Below, piece after piece: positions 59,701 through 64,000 of a DNA stretch of 64,000 bases. Location of the stretch: IMG/VR virus record IMGVR_UViG_3300035698_010479, positions 124,001 to 188,000 of that record; one strand, given 5' to 3'. Under the pieces are notes generated by a model that was not told the origin of the DNA, searched no databases, and saw only the letters and a list, made by a program, of their open reading frames with translations. The position numbers and the translations under genes are program-made. Position 1 is the stretch's first letter, and each line of letters opens with the position of its first letter.

Positions 59701-62700
59701 GAAAAATCTGTAGTTTTAGCTGGCATAACCATTTTTAATCTTGCCATACCTACTTCTACTTCTGCTACTGTTTCAACTGCCTCTTTTAATTTATCTACGC
59801 CGCCATAAATTAATGAAGAAGCTGCGCCCCATTTTACAGCTCTCTCAATAGCCCCTAAGAAGCCTCTATTGGCACCAGCTAGAGAAGCTGCCATATCTTC
59901 TTGTTTTGCTGTAAAAATACCTACTGTTTGTCCTGCAGTATCTACAGACTCACTTAATTTATGAAAAAGAACTCGTTGATTTTCGATAGGTTTACCAGAA
60001 TCATCAAATACCTTAGCATCATAAGTATAACGCTCTCCTACCTTTGCACCACCCTCTTCGTTACCTTTACCGTAGTATTCCCGTAATTTTGATATATTGC
60101 GTTTATGTAAGTTAGCTTGCATTTCTGGATCGGCCCATTTAGGTACCTGTACAACACCCGTGTCACCCCATACACCTGGTCCACCAGGTTGTGTTTTTCT
60201 TCCCATATCAACTTTAGAGAGCTTATTTTCTGCGTCTTTTAAAAGTTTAATAGTAGTTTCTAAATTCTTACTTTCTACAGATAGTGGGCTATCAGAGACA
60301 TTAAACTGTTTAAATAACTCTAAAGCACTTCTAAGTCTTGTTACTCTCTCTGCGGCACCCTCAAAATTCCAGGCCTCAGCAATCTCAGGTCCTAGTCTTT
60401 CCAGTAATCTACCATTACTCATGAGAGCTATGGATTCATCGTTCATTTCTGTAAGGTCTTTTATAGCATTTCTTGCTTTGTCTGTAGGTGCAGTTATATT
60501 ACCTCTATTTTTACCAGAAAGATCTCCTGTTATATCATCAAATACTTTTTTAAGTAAGTCACTATCTGGATCAGTTATATCACCTAAATCCCTATTTGAT
60601 TTTCTTTGTATATCTACAGGAGCTTGATATACACCAGCTGCTTTAGCTATATCTGGAAAAGCCCAAACTTTATTAGCAGTATATATGTCGCTTCTTTTAC
60701 CAGTATCATCCGTTATTTTTTTCTGTACAGCAGTAACAGCTGATTCTAGTCTATTATAAGCCTTACCTTCTTCATTACCACCCATACCTTTAACACTTTC
60801 ATAAGCTATTTGGGCTTCCTCTGCCTTATCCATTAAATACCCTACTACAGCGTCTTTATATAGCCGCCACGCAGTAGATATGTCTTTACCCGACATACCC
60901 TGTGCAGGATCTTGTTGATTCAATATACGGGCATTTTTAGTGAAATCTAGGAATTCTGATACATCTATACCTCCACGGTCTTTTGCCCCTTCGATATAAT
61001 CCTGAGCTTCTGTTGTAAGTTTCTTAGCTTCATTATTAAAATCCATACCCCTAGCTTCATACAAAGATTTGGAAGCGTCCCTTAATAATTGTAAATTAGA
61101 CAACTCTACTGACGGGCCTGTTCCTTCATGTGGTTGTAATGTTTGTGCTCTACCCGCAGCTGATTTACGTTGTTCTTCCGTAGTTTTAAATTTATCTACA
61201 GTTTGATTTATATTTCCTATACCTGAGTCATCATCTTTAAACGCACCTGTGGTATAAGCAGAATTACCTGTATTGCCAAGATTAGCGGAGTCTATTAATT
61301 GGCCTAATAATTTTACAGGGAATACTAGACTAGCATTAATACCTTCAATGAATACTGGAATTACTCCTCCAGTTGTTGGTATAGCTAGTTTAGTACCTTC
61401 TGGTGGACTAGGTGGTAAGTTGCCTCCTGTTACGCCTGTATTAAATGCTGGGTGTGGTGGCTCTTCACCTCTATTAGTATTGTACTCAACCCCAGTTTGA
61501 TTTTGTGGTGTAATAGTAGGTATAACACTTGCTGATTCTTGAGTTTTAAATACTCCAAGAGATGCGTTAGCTATAGCATCTTTATCTTCAGTAACACCTA
61601 TAGATATATCTCTTCCAGCTGTTGGTAATGGATCTTTTCTGTATCCTGATACTTCTGAAATTCTAGACATCCTGGCACGAAGTATTTCCAAGTCTCCTAG
61701 TTTATCATTATACTTAGAAATACTATCTATCTCTTCAGATTTAGCATTCTCAGGGATATCCGATAATTTAGCTACATGTTCAGGAGAAGTAAGTATACTA
61801 TTTTGCTTTCTATCACTTATAGGTGCTAAACCTAAAGTATTTTCCATGGAGCCTATTAATTCTTTTATAGGTCCCATAGGTGCTTTACCTAAGGCAAACT
61901 GTTCACTAGTTGTTCCATATAGCAAACTACTAGCTTTAGAATAATCTTTTTGATTAACACCTTCTTTCCCTAGAGAATCAAAAGTCTTTACAAGCTCAGC
62001 GTAAGCGCCTTTACTTCTAAATGTCTTAGCTACTGAGTCCAAACCATCTTTAAATTGTTCATCGAAGGTATCATCTACTTGGAAACCACCAGTTCTAAAT
62101 TTATACATAGGGTCATTAATATTAGTGACCATACTAGATACATCTATACCCTTAGGTGGGTTACCATCTTTAGGCTCATAACGTTTACTTAATATTTTAT
62201 AAGCCACCTCAGCGCTCATTGGTTTTTCACTTTTAGCTTGAATACCCTTTATTGCTAACTGTTCAATAGTACTTTGAAGATCTCTTAAAAACCCATCAAA
62301 GCCTAGATTCTTTACTAAAGTGTCAGTTAAGTCAGATCTATTCATATCAGAAACATTACCTATGTTAGCACCTGTTGCTGCTACTTGATCTTTCAACTCT
62401 TGTGTAGAAAACTTACCAAAAGTATTTCTTAATGACTCCTCATTTATATTCTTAAACTTCTTTAAATCATCATAACTTTTATTTTTGTCAAGTTTCTGCA
62501 TTAAGTCTGCTAAACCACTAGGACCTGTAGTAACACCTTTGACCAATTCACCAGCTATTGGTCTCTCACCAGCATGTTTTACATCCATACCTTTTTGAAT
62601 AGTAAATCTAAAGAACTCATTTAATTGAGTATTTCGTTCTCGTGTAACAAAGTCGTTATCTATTTTTCCTGATTTAGTCTTATCAGAAAGAGCTATCTCA

Positions 62701-64000
62701 CCTTCACCAAAACCACGTTTACTTTCATATGCACGCATAAGTTTAGTCATACTTTCAGTATCTGTACCAGTGTTTATTTTAAATAACTGGGCATTTACTG
62801 CTGTATCTAACTTCATATTAGCTAACTCTTCTTTCAAGTGTCCTTCAATTAAAGATTTGATATTTATATCTTTTATTGTGTCAAGCTGTAATGAAGCTGC
62901 TTGTGAAGCATCACCAAGATCTTCAATATCTTTTATAGAACTATCATCAAATTTGGCTCCTGCTTTATCAAAAATTGCTCTCATAACACGACTTACCGAC
63001 TCACCGCCAGAAGTCATATTTAGATCTTGTTCTTTACTAGCCAAAATACCAACCTTCTCCTTAGGATTTAAATAAGATAAGTCTTCAGTTGTAAAGGGTT
63101 TATCAAGAAAAGAGTAACCTTTCGAGCTATCAAATTTTTTACTAAATGCTTGAGACATATAAGATAGTGGTAAATCACCTTGTGAAGGTTGTTTAGAATC
63201 ATAGGAATAAAAATCACCAAATTTACCAGCTGTAGAGTCTATATCTTCTGTAAGCATTTTAAAATGCTTATAAATATCATTTCTAGCTTCAGATGTTTTA
63301 GCGGTATGGAGCTCAATCTGGTCGCCGTCATAATCAAGTTTCTGTGCATGAGCCACATATTTTGGAAGTACTGCAGATATCGCCTCGTTTAATCTATCAA
63401 TTGTATTGGTTAACTCATCGGCTTTAGGGTCATCTCCGGTATCTCTTGCAGATTCTCTTTCTATAGACAAGGTTTTTACTTTATCTTTTATAGAATTATA
63501 AACCTCTTCAAAAGCACCCATATCCATCTCAGGTGTTCCAGGTACCATTAAGGAATCATCCCCTATACCACCTGCAGTTTGTACAAGTTTAGCTTTGTAG
63601 GGTTTTAGTGAGGAAGTTCCAGTAAATGGAAAACGTACGCTCTCTATATAAGGAGATAATTCTTCGTTAACATACCGCTTGATATCTTCAGCCCTGTCGC
63701 CACCGTTTACTTTTTTAGCAGTGTTTTCTAGTTTATCTGAGTAGACCAACAAATCTTTTAAAGAGCCCTCAACTTGATTACCTTTATCACCATTTAATAA
63801 AAAGCCTTTATCGGCATCGTATTTCTTGGTAAAATTTACTCTAAGTTTTTCAGCTAACTTACTAGACACACCCAACTCATGTTGTTTTAATACGGGCATA
63901 CCAATTTCTTTGTACTTAGCAACATTGTCTGAATGTTCTGCAGTAAGTTTGTCAATTTTAGAAATTTCACTAGTGAGGTCTAATCCATCGATCCCACGTA
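47769..64000 (-). CDS. giant tail tape-measure protein fused to an N-terminal two-barrel RNA polymerase beta'-like region (5'-truncated, at least 5409 aa)
   Basis: The frame stays open from 63899 to the edge (...RGIDGLDLTSEISKIDKLTAEHSDNVAKYKEIG-MPVLK). TP901-type TMP core at about 58900-59870 (AVETVAEVEVGMARLKMV...YAQQG...ATEALTA...VGTSLRFIMRRL...AIGGTRQYN). RNAP-like motifs RFP, DYDGDQIELH and QKGMDVKH lie upstream of it. Confidence 0.85.
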   Translation of the reverse strand, partial: RGIDGLDLTSEISKIDKLTAEHSDNVAKYKEIGMPVLKQHELGVSSKLAEKLRVNFTKKYDADKGFLLNGDKGNQVEGSLKDLLVYSDKLENTAKKVNGGDRAEDIKRYVNEELSPYIESVRFPFTGTSSLKPYKAKLVQTAGGIGDDSLMVPGTPEMDMGAFEEVYNSIKDKVKTLSIERESARDTGDDPKADELTNTIDRLNEAISAVLPKYVAHAQKLDYDGDQIELHTAKTSEARNDIYKHFKMLTEDIDSTAGKFGDFYSYDSKQPSQGDLPLSYMSQAFSKKFDSSKGYSFLDKPFTTEDLSYLNPKEKVGILASKEQDLNMTSGGESVSRVMRAIFDKAGAKFDDSSIKDIEDLGDASQAASLQLDTIKDINIKSLIEGHLKEELANMKLDTAVNAQLFKINTGTDTESMTKLMRAYESKRGFGEGEIALSDKTKSGKIDNDFVTRERNTQLNEFFRFTIQKGMDVKHAGERPIAGELVKGVTTGPSGLADLMQKLDKNKSYDDLKKFKNINEESLRNTFGKFSTQELKDQVAATGANIGNVSDMNRSDLTDTLVKNLGFDGFLRDLQSTIEQLAIKGIQAKSEKPMSAEVAYKILSKRYEPKDGNPPKGIDVSSMVTNINDPMYKFRTGGFQVDDTFDEQFKDGLDSVAKTFRSKGAYAELVKTFDSLGKEGVNQKDYSKASSLLYGTTSEQFALGKAPMGPIKELIGSMENTLGLAPISDRKQNSILTSPEHVAKLSDIPENAKSEEIDSISKYNDKLGDLEILRARMSRISEVSGYRKDPLPTAGRDISIGVTEDKDAIANASLGVFKTQESASVIPTITPQNQTGVEYNTNRGEEPPHPAFNTGVTGGNLPPSPPEGTKLAIPTTGGVIPVFIEGINASLVFPVKLLGQLIDSANLGNTGNSAYTTGAFKDDDSGIGNINQTVDKFKTTEEQRKSAAGRAQTLQPHEGTGPSVELSNLQLLRDASKSLYEARGMDFNNEAKKLTTEAQDYIEGAKDRGGIDVSEFLDFTKNARILNQQDPAQGMSGKDISTAWRLYKDAVVGYLMDKAEEAQIAYESVKGMGGNEEGKAYNRLESAVTAVQKKITDDTGKRSDIYTANKVWAFPDIAKAAGVYQAPVDIQRKSNRDLGDITDPDSDLLKKVFDDITGDLSGKNRGNITAPTDKARNAIKDLTEMNDESIALMSNGRLLERLGPEIAEAWNFEGAAERVTRLRSALELFKQFNVSDSPLSVESKNLETTIKLLKDAENKLSKVDMGRKTQPGGPGVWGDTGVVQVPKWADPEMQANLHKRNISKLREYYGKGNEEGGAKVGERYTYDAKVFDDSGKPIENQRVLFHKLSESVDTAGQTVGIFTAKQEDMAASLAGANRGFLGAIERAVKWGAASSLIYGGVDKLKEAVETVAEVEVGMARLKMVMPAKTTDFSGLQKSAVGMAKEYGTGTTGVIDAMVVYAQQGLSQSEVTDRTNTSMLAANVTTLKAKDATEALTAAMKVFRTEGDRSMRFLDSWSEVESKHAITAGDMAEAIKKSAAAASTAGITFDQLNGIVASIGSVTRQSGKEVGTSLRFIMRRLSSEKGPNELAKLNVPTITGAGELRGGFDILSGLAEKWKELNSAQKLTVAQAIGGTRQYNSLLVLMDNWQEALDGVQDSMNSQGSASRRNAELMQTYSKQVEQTKSASLELQLAFGKIAFPAAKFGLQGMRAMAETVSAIPASFKIASVAALGLFTYLSKGAKILDTISNFFSGGTPIVGNLIGSIKDELKTASFEIMGAGATDPSSRGLKTLVADQVEGRGQGKGIRDFESALGKAAYMLVSAGKSFNDTVGGGLQGTGKAGQGFGQSMVRGSSWLSAVVSSLGGGKYGKDEDVTYKDLAGGAASKYSKSEGVKGAFALGGMKGIGKVASSFLGVATEVAGLGGAAAGIFIDEFSKKLGAGGDIFKNWAKDNAGVIKSMAPMLLTLGLLTPAIKTLGAEFMKTTRSSKDFADSMYGAITKDETDLFSIRDTEKSTGDIKRKLKDVAKSEDPATADRQKYLGTYVNPLNALSSVQTDALKLGEKIARENTNMISGYDKLGNVILRTSDNYQTLLNTFERSKVRDLAAKDSSVAARHIEALTKTDGSETWKSELKDLTKEIPIIGELISNQISVAPAKSLEILTGKLNNLVAKKNASPMSTVYDDDIKNLQGKLAKIKDTFNVTYSEFKRSLSNIPTAGFGKDEVASIMGADELQAGYQLMIDVEPQFNVKGVKGKVTKEDVLGAEVMKRLFPESNNLGATKALSVANTETAGVSKREGKVLSGDLVTFTDDAAKGFNMAGQQAIVKLKETSDGIFEWVATYFNSKTLKIDERKFDNNMQDLVESILPTKVIEQDMSERIDALGTIITGASAGLVGLAKKGFKTDFNLGERFFSDISTSTIIQGDKGFNPTEGFGESPFQKGWADDFEKYYNKPLHEYKTSLEQLEKMHLDGLDTSSVEMSTGLYESLMKLQNILRNNQVVLQYRAVFADLTKTMEANTRAVKENIAVEKTRSPLSKETSGLLKGRDASLANVDLGKYNKADLSSQERLLIKSSKFEENSKKLKELEIRKSGKAEQMYTVERSKVALESIKNLSGGFGSTIGDKDFAKYTDIVAKTGDLGIAELKIDTSNTAENTAKTVDKLDEILNNLSDTAGSEAMQTSFMDALDFMLPSPNITKNERLSEALDRVASIRNEAASAGDVDKTTKANAALDNLTKQLVDRMGIVGATNKVNSGIFGSGDFKGEELIQRAFGGLDFKTLSSEMKANMPDEKSWFGLVTKKGTPTFDKTVEGVQSIQAENIAKSKESTILNSKNIAGAATGFGVYQAFNSNFSNKKIENYEKEIQDLKKRENEVGFIDYAPQMESLTTAKAAEEKKARMYGTMRYAAGGTSGGMLLARNLGMSEDNIKRIGAGGAALGVYGAAKLNQGMTGDDLPPLVKDFGKEVTIFAAAMKDDGIFSTLKQGKAASRFKDASEGFMKQFTEETLDLKVTPNKENDDRDAKYSAASKSFSNTKDNVVFDAEWKAKEFKRKVENPNADLRENTKESVNQGAQDLKDKLAELKEYVKTTSQDAIKSSADKMARGEEVNLKEEASKVYEGAKIKTGESYEDIKGKMSSAGEFTGKAADYAATASLGALDALVEALKNNTDAVNGSSESTPGNAAGGFIQKFSTGGTVKQIVPGTGDVQPSLLTAGEEVLTEEQRKKLKPVLDALKNGPPVMYADGGYVNDRLDKLKAFQATAETKGADIAASFGKKAGFNSEVTKMFLGDTLEKARYQATLLKGAVSDPLGYSKATGFGADTLDKLKAFQATAETKGADIAASFGKKAGFNSEVTKMFLGDAISNTKGTIGKYTAKAASKIGLKKIPGIGTVAAAGFAAERAAIGDYLGAGMEMASGLVSNIPGVGTAASFLIDGALMGKDFISSKAPNLEDIKNTKAGLQDKLSKMSKLKYSAIAAGSLGAYSLLNNEEESYASGGFISTGLKGLLKLTGTGVGLGIGAAASGLAEIGKILQNKNLVTGARKTTAAIKATATASPSAYEAFKKANPKMYEALATGTLGAAGGSLLYANLNEDEDIYDKYNDSLAGHAGGGTVGSGMIKGPGTGTSDSINMNDVPDGSFIVPSKYAQNAKEQIEFASGGSAKSDIRVSNGEYFISPEDASKIGETNLKKLQHGQKTSFANGGVVRGYTNGGEVSSLPASVVSLDQDSVNRFAQAAAAASAFTLSRYAAEKSADKTKATDLGNLAEGENTAIYDAILANSEAAQKVYDTTRNPMADGNNGAEVPTEEVSRIFDTAKEYNKALDDTAAIESSLISEHDKYNKEIATLKEEMRKADIAEKFLMQIEAMNKSIADANFAENFKNSLKLGTGAFEGFSGPKDLNIETKGVTDLNSMELYQLVQKRKEDQKGIYGPTDWAEDFKNFSLRVINSVNPEDSLNHKYRGQNVLKEYSALEDKKVGLTSRMNAGLQNRSQATDADELEKWDDFLKDIGKELENVTEKQDGYRVALHSVIKETDAAARTIENIKNKLATITSVRTDALYNVNNRGMGGRLRGATNDISLIPNSVDSISNTQYAHLQASAGMKDTMSQYKVNTNLYDGQLQKVKELEDTLNNLKLEDPQTSNNGYFGKGAQASIVSGDIVTKTLALAAAKKELEETGHALEVASMKMSNFMEATDAAKQFETAIVSVKTSMYAASMGASGLQSKLDSLYGGSSPFAPQQIDINQREDFARNGGGTLISGKSNQFDIEKAQYLKTMHGQSTSPQEWMQAKLGNANLPKKQEEYKQHEERLRSSQAIRDAIRPGQDYQAAIASSRIKIQERIADNNYTDFDTAGVSKNKESDRSAIVSLDNGYKKLNDLMNSLVDRGTPINEQDFNSMREVSSQTTESLGGASKDELKNALSSVSSNPVVSALNAQTDKIINTLLTSSQLVEALGVLKVDKSPTFMEELSKVGDILSRSFSDPTGLASGGTVGSIIRGAGTGTSDDISMAVPSGSYVIQAKYAQATKSRLNSFAKGGQVPINVSNGELLLTPEEVAKIGGTATADAFNSGRLPDDATIRSSWSKEDYNNHGFANEKDYSQQIGGLETPMIDPVDILSGFGSAALFKNVVSKATNVTTKSGLSGYLKEAQGIMGTNLDVSKYTKEIMNNKALLKEVMSKGQAIYGDSASLINIVTRTGPIGLKNMVDSIATKGFAKGGSVDEQEKLRKQLFDMYSKDAIVSYPSEPKQVYTTDVYKDNKGVWQNNTSLTPSNQNTSGVSLKERVAASLDNSTSSNNIINSEETTEQLINKISSLAKFRDSNSIDSRGLHLSLQDANLTHAVTPEEEEGKKQLTDEITKLGNISRGNTAYYENAMKEPTTKLIAKQIDATRAGASVNLPTKRWSDIKGLTVMNGTGKGTPFVADNLNKGPDALSELQKRVNLASADTPERKAYLSTLDDKGRESFFKSLSITDRNVKTLASAGGMAAVATNQKANFMMSEAFQHSSNFESFYLDKRKSDMAKLVDEKYGKGTFKKRSERNIDGLRTYNEQLNGFTTRAGNDPDFYKKYMQSMSGTIPEKMLIEIISRLTKQKQGEILTRGDNTKNNFLAGGDVNSNNLSRQVRHNGGVAHKSGSYFLEGGEVILDKNYFGNNTTQNNSASINTQAPAKQTVEIEGLDAFEKIVSNLEKSLNKLTNIKIEGIDKLTDIKIEGLSDLRDIKIEGLSDLKDIKIEGLSELKNIKIEGINDLHDIKITGIDSIRDIKVEGLEKLANIRIENIDQLKNISITGLENLRDIKILGLDELKDINVKTSSVGADMGDMFASTLKDFDSRVGNLEKSSADQISLIKTTVKDIVAELPVLDINQKSEIAGLKKDMLATSSEVSGLTSSIITLKQVLNVSINELKESQNNAMTHIYSIKRV
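48120..48449 (-). repeat. 10 x 33-bp (11-aa) coding tandem repeat, consensus DIKIEGLxxLx
   Basis: NIKIEGIDKLT DIKIEGLSDLR DIKIEGLSDLK DIKIEGLSELK ... DIKILGLDELK; the DNA unit ctcaaaccttctatctttatatc occurs three times identically. Confidence 0.95.
53931..54260. repeat. perfect 117-bp direct repeat (53931-54047 and 54144-54260), in frame
   Basis: The two copies are identical by eye, with period 213 bp; each encodes LDKLKAFQATAETKGADIAASFGKKAGFNSEVTKMFLGD. Confidence 0.95.
63321..63335 (-). other. DYDGD: predicted catalytic Mg-binding aspartate triad of a two-barrel RNA polymerase
   Basis: Context AQKLDYDGDQIELHTAKTSEARNDI versus E. coli beta' [24 protein letters not shown]. Confidence 0.8.

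Noticed and set aside
63321-63335. DYDGD as a mere Ca-binding DxDxD/EF-hand-like motif
   Set aside because: Single copy, flanked by beta'-like residues (QIELH...EAR), and accompanied by RxP and QxxMxxxH motifs in the right order. The RNAP reading fits better, though it is unconfirmed.
48310-63392. Numerous plus-strand ORFs (up to 263 aa) opposite the giant gene, and similar ones opposite other genes
   Set aside because: Shadow ORFs: mostly antisense to long coding frames, Ser/Leu/Phe-rich, with no RBS or recognisable domains.
63897-63899. ATG at 63899 as the true start of the giant gene
   Set aside because: No RBS, and the frame stays open for 33 more codons to the window edge.
1-64000. Stop-codon reassignment (alternative genetic code)
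   Set aside because: The standard code gives near-complete coding density with very long ORFs; TAA, TAG and TGA all end genes at sensible boundaries.

Overview
AT-rich segment (roughly one-third G+C by eye) of a large tailed dsDNA phage, probably a jumbo phage. Every credible gene is on the minus strand and they are tightly packed. In transcription order (right to left) there are four blocks. (1) A giant ORF of at least 5,409 aa, open past the window edge. It fuses an RNA-polymerase beta'-like catalytic region (R-x-P motif, DYDGD aspartate triad, trigger-loop-like QxxMxxxH) to a TP901-type tail tape-measure domain. This predicts a virion RNA polymerase delivered as part of the tape measure. 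(2) A tail-tip/baseplate cluster with hub-like and spike-like proteins. (3) About 34 kb of modular fibre/adhesin-like virion proteins (Ig-like, LamG, discoidin, beta-propeller) with internal paralogy and an over-represented T-x-S-G motif. (4) Behind a perfect sigma70 promoter, a bacterial-type replication/recombination operon: sliding clamp, RecA, nuclease, DnaB, DnaG, SSB, DnaJ, RuvC. No rRNA, tRNA, CRISPR array or mobile element was seen. All assignments come from motif recognition by eye; no database search was run.
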